Program-made: the position numbers and the translations under genes | NCBI GenBank assembly: GCA_030770535.1 | Contig: JASVEC010000022.1 | Location: forward strand, 62,001 to 126,000 | Length of the DNA stretch: 64,000 nucleotides | Source of the DNA: Batkoa obscura | Taxonomy: Eukaryota | Direction: 5' to 3' | Notes under the pieces: model-generated | What the model saw: only the letters and a program-made list of their open reading frames with translations | Told to the model about the DNA's origin: nothing | Database searches by the model: none | Shown: positions 14,038 through 27,524 of the stretch, one piece after another | Layout of the letters: the number at the start of each line of letters is the position of its first letter | Numbering within the stretch: the stretch's first letter is position 1

Positions 14038-14630
14038 ATTAGTAGTCAAAATGAAATATTTAGAAAGAATTGGTATTATTTTGAGTTTAATTTATTTTGG
14101 AGGTTACTAAATTGAATAGCAGTTGCATTATATCGAATCTATCATTTAATAAAGCTATATTTTATGTTTTTAAAGTGAAGTAGTATAGAATATTAAAGTT
14201 ATTGATATATGGTTTAGGCTTGGAGGAATACTGACTTTAGATGAGTATTTTGGAAAATATGTTCCCTAACTTAAATCATTTGACTCGAAGTTTTATAATA
14301 TTAGAGTTATTGTTCTTTATACTAATTCAAACAATAGTCGTAAAGCTTCTAAAATAAATATCTTGAGGCAACCAAATATTATATGATAATGGGTAGCCCA
14401 GTTTAAAGCAATTTATTTTAGCTCTTGCAGGTCACATTTATTAAATTTAATTTTTTCATTTCCTTTTATGTTCGAGTCATCTTTTTGTTCTTATTTTATT
14501 ATTTGAAGTATTTTCAAAAAAAAAATTGAAATAATTGTTAATAAATAATTTCAAAATAAATTTATTATTGCAATATTTGAGAATCAACTCAAAAAGTAAA
14601 GCCAAAAGCTAATATGAATTATCAAAAAAA

Positions 14631-16001
14631 TTAAATACCATCTACATGGGGCCCATGAGGAACTATTGGGTTTATACCTCTAGTAACAGAGCAAGAATTA
14701 TTATTGCCAAAATCGCAATAAACTGCATTAGAGCCATTGTATTTACAAGTAGTTCCTGATCCACATTGACGTAAAAGCCATTTTCCATTATAACATAATG
14801 CATAGCTGTTTCCATTACAAGAATAATATCCCTCATTACTGCAGGAATTTCCGTTAATTGGACAAGTTCCAGGAACAGAAGTGGTTGTGGTAGTAGTAGT
14901 AGTAGTAGTTGAGGTGACTGGGGGATTAGACGTTGAGGTGGCGGTAGAAGTGACTGGCGGCTTAGTAGTTGAAGTGGTGGTGGAAGTAACCGGAGGGGTA
15001 GAAGTAGAAGTAGAAGTAGAAGTAGGAACAGTTCCTCCACAAGTTCCTTGGGCTAAGAAACTGGCTACACTCTGCCCAAAGCTACCATTATTATAAACTT
15101 GAGAAGCATCCCAAAACATCAAACCACCAAAATTTGGATATTGTGAGCGCACCTGCGATGCTTTTGAAGAAATAGTACCAGCATCGACATAACCATTATT
15201 AGCACCTGTTTGGCCACCTGGTAAACCTACATACAGTTTCACATTCTTATTGACAGCAGCATTCTTTGCCCAGTTATCCCAGTCAGCATAATTAAACTGA
15301 GCGTTCAAGCCACAATAATTATTATAAAATTGAATAAAAACCATATCAAACCATGCGCTATTTAAAACAGGACCAAGATAACCATCTGGGAATGGACATT
15401 GTGGGGCAGCAGCAATATAGTACTTCTTAGAAGGATCGCTTGCATATAACCCACGTAGCTCATTAATGAATGCAGTGTATCCAGTTGAAGAGCCACCTTC
15501 GATATCTAAATCTACACCATCCAATACTGCATCACCAAATGGTCTATTTGCAGTTGTCCCTTTAAATAAGGAATTCCAGATTTGATGAGCGAAATTTTTA
15601 CCATCAGCATCAGACCCAAAACCATATGAGCCAGCAGCTCCTCCCAATGACATTAAAACAGCAACGCCTTTGGATTGACAGTATTTGATATCAGTACCAA
15701 TGGTAGGACAAGTCAAGAGATCTGTACCAGGGAATGTGGTTTCACATGCACTACTAAGATTAATCAAAGGTGTATTTTTCCCATTAAAAACGTGCATGAA
15801 TGACAAATTAACGAGAGATACTCCAGGCTGATCACAGTAATATTTTAGTGGCTTTTGAGCATTTCCGTCGTTTCCGTGAGTAGCACCATAGGAATTTTGC
15901 CCCCAATAGAGTACTAAATTACTATTGCAATTGACGTTAAAAGCACTAATTGCTGAGCCAGAAAGAGCTAAACTTAAAATAAATGTAGATATGAGTTTCA
16001 T
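14631..16001 (-). CDS. Secreted GH18 chitinase (Cts1/class III type) with Ser/Thr linker and CBM19-like chitin-binding domain
   Basis: Signal peptide, YWGQNS, SLGGAAG, catalytic LDGVDLDIEGG, AAPQCPFPD, QFYNNYC, a T/S/P linker and a Cys-rich C-terminus. Intronless. Confidence 0.95.
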   Translation of the reverse strand: MKLISTFILSLALSGSAISAFNVNCNSNLVLYWGQNSYGATHGNDGNAQKPLKYYCDQPGVSLVNLSFMHVFNGKNTPLINLSSACETTFPGTDLLTCPTIGTDIKYCQSKGVAVLMSLGGAAGSYGFGSDADGKNFAHQIWNSLFKGTTANRPFGDAVLDGVDLDIEGGSSTGYTAFINELRGLYASDPSKKYYIAAAPQCPFPDGYLGPVLNSAWFDMVFIQFYNNYCGLNAQFNYADWDNWAKNAAVNKNVKLYVGLPGGQTGANNGYVDAGTISSKASQVRSQYPNFGGLMFWDASQVYNNGSFGQSVASFLAQGTCGGTVPTSTSTSTSTPPVTSTTTSTTKPPVTSTATSTSNPPVTSTTTTTTTTTTSVPGTCPINGNSCSNEGYYSCNGNSYALCYNGKWLLRQCGSGTTCKYNGSNAVYCDFGNNNSCSVTRGINPIVPHGPHVDGI

Positions 16002-16885
16002 TTTAATATGAAAATGTTAAAGTAAAGGACAGTATTTCTGGTTGTTTATATACTTTGTGATTCATATTTATGTATATAGGATCAAGTCATTCCAATTTTT
16101 GCTTATTTATTAATAAGCTTTATAATTAAAAGGAGAGTTTAATATTATCTTATCACATTATCAAGATACAGTGTACCAATCGTTATTTGATAGAGATAAG
16201 GTTTGTTTGACATTATACCAAATATAGATGAACCTTATGGATTTATTGTTTTTATCAAATACCTGATAGTCATTGAATAAATAAATAGATAATTGAACTT
16301 ATTCGCTTTGCACAGGCATTACCTTTTTAATTTGGGACTTCTATGTTTTTAATATCATTTGATCCTTATCATGACTTTAAGTTTAAGTTTATAAGGTAAT
16401 ATATTGCTTTGACTGAGGTGCCTTGTGATACTTGGCCTCATTTTAGATCCCTAAATGATAGGGTGACTGTCACAATGGATGATTTTCAATAACCTCATCA
16501 TTTCTTTAGCATTATACCAAATTTAGTGATTTAAATTAAATAGTTGAAACTCAACCAATCATAACAATATATTATAAATTTTGCAATTTACTAGCAATTT
16601 AAAAAAACTCTAAACTCAGTTTAAAACTTAAATTCGATTAATTTATTTAATACAGATATAAACAAGATAGAGCAAAAAAATAAAAAAGATATAGCTGACT
16701 TGGGGTAAATTACGAGCGCTTTTAGTTTTTTCAAAGCTTATGCTTATTTATCCGTTTTGTATCAGTCCTTTCTCTTTAATTTTATTTCTAATATTCAGAG
16801 GTAGTTCACGCACAATGTTTAGTTTTTTAAACCCTTGCTTTTTAAACGATAGCTTAAGAAATATTAACAAAATATTATTTATATA

Positions 16886-17026
16886 CAGTTGTTTAAATTT
16901 AAATATGCACTATATAACCACAATTTTTATAATCATTAATTTGCATTATTGTGTTAGGTAGAAATTGATTGTTAATTTAATTCTAAATGAGCAGTTAGCA
17001 AGCGCCTATTTGAACTTAAACAGTTG
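16886..17026. mobile_element. Degenerate MITE-like element, TA-flanked (Tc1/mariner-type ends)
   Basis: Left end TA|CAGTTGTTTAAATTTAAATATGCACT versus reverse complement of right end TA|CAACTGTTTAAGTTCAAATAGGCGCT. Confidence 0.55.
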
Positions 17027-17058
17027 TACTAAAATAAATTTCAAATTTCAAATATTTA

Positions 17059-17222
17059 CAGCTGCTGCAACTCTATTGCGACCTAGTTTATGGTACTTTT
17101 TAGAGCCAGTCACTTGTTTGTTGGGTTTTCTAAAGCGTGATACTTCTATATTGGACTGGTTTTAATAAAGTTTTATTTTTAAATGAACAACTAATTAAGT
17201 TACGATAGAGCTCCTGCAGCTG
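17059..17222. mobile_element. Degenerate MITE-like element, TA-flanked (Tc1/mariner-type ends)
   Basis: Left end TA|CAGCTGCTGCAACTCTATTGCGAC versus reverse complement of right end TA|CAGCTGCAGGAGCTCTATCGTAAC. Confidence 0.6.
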
Positions 17223-17297
17223 TATTAAAATATTTTTAATTTTTTAAATGATTATTAATAAAAGTAAATAGAAACTAAAGTTATAGCATGAATGATA

Positions 17298-17520
17298 CAA
17301 TATTTTATTCACATCATGGTTATAGTAAGAAAAAAAAGAAATTAAGCAAACTAAAGTAAAAAAAATTGATAGTAATTTTAACAAAAGCAAATAAAATGAA
17401 AATATCACTACTATGGAAACTCTTAATTTTGTTCGTTTGTTGAAAATTATTATTGATTTTTTTATTTTAGTTTGTTTAAATTTTTTTCTTGTTTTATAGC
17501 CATGATGTAAAAAGATACTG
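17298..17520. mobile_element. Foldback (whole-element imperfect palindrome) MITE, TA-flanked
   Basis: Arms of ~105 bp: ACATCATGGTTATAG...GCAAACTAAAGTAAAAAAAATTGATAGTAATTTTAACAAA matches the reverse complement of the right arm, ACATCATGGCTATAA...ACAAACTAAAATAAAAAAATCAATAATAATTTTCAACAAA. Confidence 0.65.
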
Positions 17521-19580
17521 TATATTAGTTTTAAACATTAGTGCTTTTGCTAATAGCTCTTTACTATAATTAAAATATAGTTTAATGACTTGAAGCTTTT
17601 TGTAACATTTAACAATTAATTTAGGATACTACAACTAATAATTCTTTCATTCAATACCACTTAAAAATGAAAAGATAAATGAAATTAAAAAGGAAGCTCC
17701 TACATATAAATAATTATTTTGGTAATATTGCTCTAATTATCATAAAAAAAGCAAAAAAATAAAATATGAAAGTTATTTTCCCCAAAAGCGTATAGTATTA
17801 TAAAGGCTGTCATTACGAATGAAATGTTTCGATTTTCTAAAAACTTGAACTGACGATTTTTTGATTCGGTTATTTTTTTATAAAACCGGGAATTTTTTTG
17901 TAAAACCGGGAACTTTGAATTCAAAATAAACATATTAAGGCTTGAATCCTTACCATTTTTAATTCATCAATGTATGATTATATCTAACACCTCAACTAAC
18001 ATAATTAAGCTGATAGCCAAAAAAAGCAAAGATTACCTTTTATATTATGAAATTCATATTAGATACCTTTGTGTGTGTAACTTAAAAACTCTTTTTGCTG
18101 AAAGCACTAAAGCTTCTCCACTTTCATTTTTTAGTGATTGTAAAGCTGGAAATTTTTATATTCCATTCATCAATAAGAATAAAAATAGAAAAAATGGTGT
18201 TTTAAGGGAGGAATGAATTATATAGTTGAATGAAAACTATGTTTGAATGTATCATGTGCTTTTGTATTAGAATAAAAGTGCCAATTGTGAGTAAAAAAGG
18301 TGTACCTATTTTTATGGTAAAGGGTATAAAGTCGCATGTATTATTAATACACTATAATAGCTAAAGTTTCGGTGTGAATTTTATTATGACTATTTCTTCC
18401 AATTACTATCATGAGATTCATGTAAAACATAAATTTATGATATCAAGCTTTAGTAGAACATTTAAAAGTTGTAATCAGATAAATTTGTGAAATTTTAGTG
18501 TGGGGAATATACTTATGGTACATAGTAAAAAAACAGATGATAAGGAACTTGTATCTGGTTTATAGTTTAACACGGAAAGGTATAAAAATGGTAATACTAA
18601 AATGTTTAATCAATTATAACATATTCAAAGCTACAAGACAAGGGCGAAGTATTAATAAGTACAATGTTTCAGTACAAAAATTTTGGTTTTGTTTTCGTCT
18701 TATTTTATTATTATTTATTTTATCAGATTTAACCTATAGCGAGAATAAAATAAAATACTTATCGATATGGTATTTAGCTAACTCCTATATGAACTACAAT
18801 GAATAATATTTTGCAGTTTTTAAAACTATGATTGATAAATATTAATTCACAAATATTTTTTAACCAGCTTATAATATCACTATCGTCTTATTTGTTTTTA
18901 CACACATTTGAATACCTTGGATTTGCATTTTAACATAACTTTATTCGTAAAATATATAGAAACTCGACGGCTTATAGCAGTCTGCTATGCAGATAAAGAC
19001 CCCAATTAACAGGTGTCATTTCTTTTGAGTAACAAACATAATAAACCGGGGTTTTATCTTTTTTGTTATTTTTATACATTTCTGATAAATATAGAAAGCT
19101 ATTTTCTTATTTAATAATATTGAGATTTATTATAATATACAATTAAACTAAATTTTTTATACCCAAATCTTAAGATTTGATATTAGATCATAATTCAAAA
19201 GTCGATTTAAATTATCTTCTAGCATAAAATTAATAAATTACAATATACACATACATAGATTACTATCGCTGTATATTGAGAGTTTGTTATTGTTTTACGG
19301 TTATAGTAGTTTTAAGTAGCCGACACACGATAATTTAAGCACTTTTCATATGAGACTAAGTTTTTAAAGAATTGAGCAGCTTTCTTTTTAACGATTAAGT
19401 TATTATGGGGTGGAGGTTCTCAGAGATTTTATGTCTTATTTCAATAATAGTTCTAAAAAGAAATAGTTGGGGAGAGTTGTTTTAGCTTAGCTAAAAATTT
19501 GATCCTTTAGCTCTCAAAAAGGTAATTGCATATGAATCTATTACGTATAGGAGCCTTTCATTTTCCTACAGTTTTATTGT

Positions 19581-19790
19581 AAAACAAATATTGTTTACTA
19601 TTACAGTTGTTGCAGCTTTTATTAGCTATTTAACGATAATTTTCACAATCAAACAATCTAAATACCTGATTTTCACAAAACCTAGTCTTTATATTTTAGC
19701 TAAATTTTAACATAAATTCTACTCTAACATAACCTGTTAGATAATTCGAAAAGAGCTGCAACAGATATAATAGCAAGCAGTTTTAGTTTT
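19581..19790. mobile_element. Degenerate inverted-repeat element (~55-bp imperfect TIRs)
   Basis: Left TTGTTTACTATTACAGTTGTTGCAGCTTTTATTAGCTATTTAAC versus reverse complement of right CTGCTTGCTATTATATCTGTTGCAGCTCTTTTCGAATTATCTAAC. Confidence 0.5.
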
Positions 19791-20373
19791 ATTCTATTAG
19801 ATTAAATTTTAACCCAACTTTAATTACCCAAAACTAGTCAGCATACTTTATTTTTTATGTGAAATATTATATATTGTGGTTAATGTAAAAGATATTCTTG
19901 AAATTTGATTCAAGTCATTATAGAGTAGATAAGATAGAGTGATTTATGAAACTAAGGATTCATGTATAAATACAACCTAAAATAAAGGCTGATTATGAAA
20001 GGAATAATTGAAATAAAAGGGCTTTCATTTTTGCGAAAAATGGATTAAAAAAGTAAGCATTTATTTTTACTAAATAAAATGAATAACTTAATTAAAATTT
20101 TTAATGGGTTTTGAACTTTATCAAATCATAAAAAATCTAGACATTTTTCTAATTCTTTTTATAATAATACCTCTTATTTAAATACTTTCACAGGTTATGT
20201 TTTCAAAATAATAATATTAAAAAAATTAGTATTGATTTTTATAAATTATAACTATCATAAATAAAATTTCATTTGATCCTTGAAATTGTAAAATGTTTTA
20301 AACTGCACTCAATATAGGTGTAGTTTTAAAAGTAATTCTCAAACAGAATTTATAGTATTTTGTTTTAATATAC

Positions 20374-20472
20374 GGGGATGTATTTTTGTGTTTAAGAATT
20401 TTACTAACAATTTTTCCACTCAAATAGCGCTTAAAAGATGGAAAAAGTGATGAAGCCAAAAAAAACACCCCT
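20374..20472 (+). mobile_element. MITE family A copy 1 (~98 bp)
   Basis: GGGGATGTATTTTTGTGTTTAAGAATTTTACTAACAATTTTTCCACTCAAATAGCGCTTAAAAGATGGAAAAAG...ACACCCCT, with ATAC on both sides. Confidence 0.88.
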
Positions 20473-21082
20473 ATACCATAAAATTGCCAAAAAAAATTTA
20501 TCATTTTTTTCAACCAATCCTTTCAATAACAAATTAGCTTAAGAAGCAATACCTTCAATACAGGTTATTCTATACAATCCGGCATATTGAGCGTATCTAC
20601 ACAACCTTAAAGTATTTATGAAAGAATTTGATTAAAGTTAAATCATGGTAAAATGCCATAACGATGAAATAATGATCTAAAAAGGTATTGAAGAATAAGA
20701 AATTTAACTTGAGTTTTACCATAACCGTTGCCTAACCCTGGCTAGGACTCGATTTATATCCCAAGGCCAACCTCTGAAAAGATCAAAGTAAGTACATGTA
20801 TTTAGCCTAAGAAACTTTGATGTGGGTCTTTTTTTTTAATGAATAGGAACTGTCTCGGATCACTGGGTTTGTCTTTTAGTTTGTGCATTAGAATACTATT
20901 ATTGTTCTATTATTAGCTATATTGCTCTAAAATTATTATTCTGCTAAGTATTTTGATAAAAATATTAAGATGATAATTTATTAAAACACTATGAAATGAT
21001 GAAATAATGGAATTAATTTTTTATTTAATACAATATTAAAAATAACAAAACTTTAAACTATTTAACTATCTCAATCAACAAG

Positions 21083-21754
21083 CTACAAATTCATGTAAGA
21101 TATATTCATAGCACTTGTTGTATCTTGTGGAAGAGTAGTTTGAAATAAATCCATATTATCATAAGTATTTGTATAGAATGGGAATAATTGATTATTAAAC
21201 ATTGAAATTTGGTTTAATAACATGGCATCGGTGGTAACAGGGCATTGTTGATTTGGCATGCTAAAATAGTTCATGTTTTGCGTATCAAGAGCCATATTTA
21301 ATTGAGGATTGTAACTAAAATCAAAAGTGGTAGAATAGTTATTATATAAGGGCTGTGAAGTTAAAGCATTGAAATCCATATTCATATTTTGGTTGAAACT
21401 AATATCGAATTCACTCGATCTTGGAGATGGATTAGTAATTGAAGATGCATCAACATTGATATCAACATTCATTCTTTTACGATTATCTCTCTTTGTTTTA
21501 CGATTTAAAGTAGAAGGTGACATTTCACCCTTAGATCTAGCTTTAGTACGTCTGTTTTGAAACCAAATTTGTACATTTCTTTCGGTTAACCCTAATTTTT
21601 TAGCCAACTCACTACGTACTTGATTACTTGGTCTGTTATCTTGTTTGAACAAATCTTCCAATCCTTTAATATGTTCAGCAGTCAATGTAGTTCTATGACG
21701 GGTATAAGGGCGGTCATTAAAGTAAACGATTTGATTATCTACATTAAAATTCAT
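21083..21754 (-). CDS. Homeodomain transcription factor (Q50 type), intronless
   Basis: RHRTTLTAEHIKGLEDLFKQDNRPSNQVRSELAKKLGLTERNVQIWFQNRRTKAR, followed by an N/Q/M-rich low-complexity tail. Confidence 0.93.
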   Translation of the reverse strand: MNFNVDNQIVYFNDRPYTRHRTTLTAEHIKGLEDLFKQDNRPSNQVRSELAKKLGLTERNVQIWFQNRRTKARSKGEMSPSTLNRKTKRDNRKRMNVDINVDASSITNPSPRSSEFDISFNQNMNMDFNALTSQPLYNNYSTTFDFSYNPQLNMALDTQNMNYFSMPNQQCPVTTDAMLLNQISMFNNQLFPFYTNTYDNMDLFQTTLPQDTTSAMNISYMNL

Positions 21755-24700
21755 TTTTTGTGTATAGTATATTAAATTATTAGATATCAGATTTTTGAGT
21801 AATAAATAAAATGATTGTTTTAATTTATTTTTTTATTTTCAAAACTTGAGTATTTATATGTTTTTTGCCACCTTTGAATATCAGTAATAAATGGATCACG
21901 TAAGAGAAATTATTTTCATTTTTAACAAATATAGATATAAATTAACGTCCATTCACCAAATTTTGACTGTCATAAACCTCTAAATCTATTTAGTGATGAC
22001 AATGCTATCTCGTTTTAAATAAAATTAACATATTAAGAGAAAGTGCGATTCATGCGTGGGTTTAAAACAACTTTATATTAAAAGCCCTAAAAAATTTGAA
22101 TTTTAAAAATCAAATAATCTCAGCATTCACATCTTACATTGGTGTGTAAAATTAAATGCTTTAATCACTTAATATTTTAAATGGTAATTTACAAAGCTAT
22201 AAAGCAAATAGAACAAATTTTGCGATACTTGTTTTATTTTTAATATTTCCAAATTTAAAATAAAAGACTATTGTTATTCATAATAAAAATGAAAAAATGG
22301 TTTCGTTATATCAGCATTTATTTTATGTTATTACTGTTAATAAATGGCTAAAATCCTATTGTAGCTTATTTTACTTATTCTATTACAATTATATTAGATT
22401 CTTGTCCACATAAAGAATGAATGATGAATGTCTTTTTAGTTAAGCAATATTATGTCCTAAAATATAAATATCGAGTTATTACCATATTAAATCAAGTTTC
22501 CGACAAGACATAAAATACCCCTAATGTTTTTGATTGATTTATAAATATTAATAATTTAATATCCCTGTAAGAACTTTGGTAAATAAAGTGAACTTCTAAA
22601 ATTTAAACTTAATTTTCAACCCTCTGCTTTATTGTAATATGTTTTATGTTATTTAAACTATAATCTATTTATACTAATACTAATTATATTATTATATAGT
22701 AATATCATTGAAAACAGGTTACATAGTATAAAAAATACCTTTATTATGATCAAGTTTTATACTCGTTATTTAATAATATAGAATTTCTTATTTGAACGGA
22801 TATTACCCAGGTCGACAAATATACTTTAAAACTTTAATTTTAAACAAATTTTTGTTCAAAATAAATAACTGTAACTATTTAATAGCATCTTTTATATTGT
22901 AAATATATCTTGTATGAAAACTTCGCTCAAGTATTATGGTGGGAATGTATAGTATTCGATACTAATATTATAAATTATATTAAAGCGTTACTACAACAGA
23001 AAACTAAAAACTCTTTGATCTAATTACTAAATATATCTTATAAAATGTTTGGTATTTAAAACATAAACACTATAAGCAAATTATTAATAATTTTAATAAA
23101 ACAAAAAATTTACTCAATTAGGTAACTCTGGCGGCAGGCTTACTGAATATGTCAATTCTATATCATTAGGTTATAAAGATATAAAAGATGTTTTTAAATA
23201 AAAAATTAATTTTGGTTTTATTTAATGCAAATTTATGTAGGATAGTTTGATAAATTTAGCTGGCCTTTTTTTCAATGTGAATCATGGATCAAGTTTTGAA
23301 TAAGGCTCTAAATTTAAAACTTTTATTAGCTTGATTTAATTCATTGAGAAACAAAATATTGCTAATGTCTAACAAATATCGACTTGTGCTTCTTTGATAC
23401 AGATAGTACCATTTATGAAGGGTGTTTTGAGCTTGGATTACTCCTTCATATGTAGACTTTTAAACTTAAGATTTGAATTTAAATTTAACGTTTACATTCT
23501 TTATAGCCTTAAAGTGTTGTCAATATTATATATGAATTATCCATATATAATAACGGAGGTTTTATATCCACTGGAAACATCAATTAATTAATCTATAAAC
23601 TATGTTTTAATGAATTTTAAATAATAACTGAATGTAAAATAGTTTTTTTAGTTTAAATCAGTTGTGACTGCATAAATAAAATTCAATTTTGGGGTTTTGG
23701 GGATGATGTATCATCATGCAATTGGTTTGAATTAGACTAATTTTATTAAAGTTTTAGTAAACCTTGATGTAATTAAACTGCCTTCTAGTTTTGATAATCC
23801 AAGTGATAATATACCCGTCAAGCTTAAATCAGCAGGAATTAAAACCCGTTGCTTACGACTGCAAAGGAGGGTAAATTAAGTTCGCTATAACTAAATCCAC
23901 CTTATAAGGAAATCTACTTTATAAAGAACTGGCCGTATACTCATCAATATTAGAAATTTTATGTTGCTTAGTTTCTAATGACTTTAAACATTAAATATAA
24001 TAGTAAATTGCAACTAACCTAAAAACGCTTGACCAAAGTTAATAACTTCATTCTTTCATTCTGTAAATTAGTTTATTAACTAAACCGATGGTAAAAATAA
24101 AGACACTAAAAGCTATAGTCTTTGAACTCAATAAAAATATTTAAAATACTCAAAGTTTGAAAAATAACAACTACGTATACAATTGTTATGAACATAGTAA
24201 CTTAAATAAGCTACCAAAGCTAAGGTCGATAATTGGCTTATACTAGCGACGAAAACATGCATAAAACATAGATATTGTTTAACCATTTGCATAAACTATT
24301 AACTCATTTCAAGATATAACCCAAATGAAGAAATTTAGTAAAATTAATTCATGAAATTTTATAATGCTCATAGTGAAATATGAAGTTAAGCAAGGGCTGA
24401 AAATTTGATACCAGAAATAAAGACAGAAATAAGATGAAATTAATATTAAACAGAAACTAAGTACAAAATCGCAGAAAGACTTTAAAAAGAAGATAAATTA
24501 ATAGTATGAAAATTAAATATGCTATTAAACTTAATTTTGCATAATTTTTTTGACACGAAATCAAAGTAAAGTTAAAAAGTATCATATTGACTTTAATTCA
24601 TTATTAACAACACTGAAAAACCTGTATAATTAATATGCAGTAGTAATAGATTTCACCTTTGCTTTATTAAATGTGTATTTTAAAAGTAACCTTTTTATTC

Positions 24701-25537
24701 CAATTTAGTAAAGTACCTAAAGAAAGACTGACAGTAAAGTTGGTATTAAAAATTGTATATAGTATCAAAGAACTTGATTATATTTAGCTTTTTCTACAAA
24801 AATACATATTAGGCCAAAAGACTAGTAGTGAGTTCATTTAGACGAAAATAAGAGAGAGAAAAGCATTAAATTTTAGCATAACATTTTTTTGTTCTATTTA
24901 TAAATTATCCTTTTAAAGTAACCCTTATCTAAATATACTATGAGAGGACTTTTGCTTAGAAGGTTTGATGTAACTGTGTGATGAGTTATTATTAACTATT
25001 TTGAGTTGAGATAATAGCTTTAAACATATTTAGTACTAAAATAATGGGTACATAACCTTTGCTTAATCTATAATAATATAAAAAAATGAAAGGTATTGGG
25101 ATGCTAAACTTTATTTTTTAATGATAAAACATACAAATCAAACATTCAATAAAATCAAAAACCTGTTTCAAACTGATGATTTAAAATTTCTTAATTTATT
25201 AGAACTATCTGAGAGTTTCTAAGATATCCCTTCTATAGTGTTGAAATATAGTAATAATTTTAATGTAGGGGGCGGATAGAAAAACAGGTAACGATTAAAA
25301 TGAGTCGTTTTTTGGTAGCTACACGTTAGGATTATATTCTCTGATTGTAAAGGGCAAGAGTTTTTTTAAAATTCAGCATATCGTTGATGCCGGTATTTTT
25401 TTGTGATTGGGATTTTCTTAATAAAGAATATCCTTAATAAAATGACATACACCCATTGTTTATTAATTGGATTATTATCCTAAATTTAGCTTTTAATTTC
25501 GAGTGTTTGCCTTAAAATCCATCTTTAAAATTAATAT

Positions 25538-25629
25538 GGGGATGTATTTTTGTTTAAGAATTTTACTAACAACTTCCACTTAAATAGTGCTTAAAAAGGG
25601 AAAATTGATGAAACCAAAAAAACACTCCC
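25538..25629 (+). mobile_element. MITE family A copy 2
   Basis: Same consensus with small deletions; ATAT on both sides. Confidence 0.82.
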
Positions 25630-27166
25630 ATATTGAATATTTTTATTAGGATTCCATGGCATAAAATATAATACACAAAAATCAACCTAAAATTAGTTAT
25701 CAAATTGTTTAAAAACAAGCCCATTTTGAATATTAATAATTTTAAATATTTAATTTATATAATAATTACAAGAAAGTTTAATACAAAATTAAAAGACCAA
25801 CTAAATTCAATTAAGTACTTGGCTTACGATGTTATATTCTTGGTTACTAAAGCAATCAAAACTAAGCTAATACAATTTAGCTAAATTATAATTTTAGTAA
25901 TTTTATATCGTTAAACAGCTCCATTTAATGTTTATCACGTTTTTAATAACATTAGTAAAATATGTTAACGTTTCTGTTTAATTAAAGCTATATGAATGTA
26001 AAACATTGACTATATTTTATTTAAAGGTAACTTTATTTTGTAAATTATCATAGAGGTAATAATAAGATTCATTTTGAGATTTTAATCAAATTTCAATTCA
26101 AAGTTGTAATGAATTAGAATAAGACAACACTCCTCTCAAATTAGCTTATCCTTTAATTAAAAAATACTCTGATTACAATGTACTATGATTTATATGCTTA
26201 TTTTTTATCTAACCAGGATATCAACAAAGTACTATTTCAGATGAAATAAGGTGATATGGGCTTTTTTAAGTTGTGTACCTCATTTACTAAATGTTAATCC
26301 TTTGAGCATCGTCAATTTTTGCAAGAATTTGTTACAGCTAGCCCCTTGAAGTATATTTGCTAAAATTCAAATAACCACTAAAACTCAAACAAATTAATTA
26401 ATAAAAGATTAATTTAATTAGCTAATTTCTTTTAGATTTTATTGGTTAAACGTTACTTTTGAGCTGAATGGATGTATCCATCCTGATCGCTTAACAAGTT
26501 AAAAATAAATAGAATAGTTTATGTTAAAAACAAATTAAATTAAAATTTTTTTGAGTTGAGATACTGAGGGTGCAGATAAAAATAGAATAGTTCTTGTTAA
26601 ATTATAAATCAACTAAAAGCTACTTTAAATAGTATTTCTCACTCTTTTTAATTTTCAATACACCGTTATGTAAGCTAAAAACATGCGACAACGATCCAAG
26701 AGTAATTGTACTAATAAAATATAAAACTGCTATTTATTGCCGATTTCATTAGTATTGAAACAAATAAAGTTTTAGTTTAATAAAGAGACTTATTGATTCA
26801 ATGTTCTTTTCTAATTATATTTAATTTGAAATATGAAGGAGATCGTTATAATATTGAGAGCATATACTTGAATGGGTGGCTGTATATCAACAGGTAGGGG
26901 CTATGTAGCTCTATTTTTCCTTTAAACAATATCTTTTGAAACGAGAGGCTTAAAAAGTTAAATAAACTTGTATAGCTTGTAATATATAAAGGTATCTCAA
27001 CGTGTATGTCGAATTCATCAAAAACAAGGTGATATGTCCAATCAAATATTTTCTTCAATGCAATTATCTTTCTGTGGGTTCATATCAAAATATAAAAGCA
27101 CTAAAATTGAATAAGAATAGTATAAATCAACTTGTTTTTTTTCTCATCTTAAATAGAAAAGTATAT

Positions 27167-27265
27167 GAGGGTGTTTTTTTTGGTTTCATTACTTTTTTCA
27201 TTTCTAAAGCGCTATTTGAATAGAAAGATTGTTAGTAAAATTCTTAAACACAAAAATATATCCCC
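27167..27265 (-). mobile_element. MITE family A copy 3
   Basis: Reverse orientation, GAGGGTGT...ATATCCCC; ATAT on both sides. Confidence 0.85.
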
Positions 27266-27524
27266 ATATGACCAATGAATGGCATTCATTTCTTTTTATA
27301 GAAATACTGATATTTATCAAAAATGAAAATCTACATAAAAATAGATGCTCTAATACTATGAAAAAAGCATTAGTGTTTAACCTAGTTGAGTTGAATCAAT
27401 GTATTAGTGCTACAGATTAGCCAAATTAATAATGAACAGCTAAAAACCCATAATGTTTTATCAATTCAATTGACATAAAATCATAAAAACTCGAACTAGA
27501 AATTATAATATAAACATGTTTTAT

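Noticed and set aside
14672..15096. Poly-Leu/Val ORFs overlapping the chitinase
   Set aside because: These are alternative-frame and antisense shadows of the Ser/Thr linker repeat.
17881..17912. TAAAACCGGGAA direct repeat (20-bp period) as a regulatory site
   Set aside because: Only two units and no nearby gene start to link them to.
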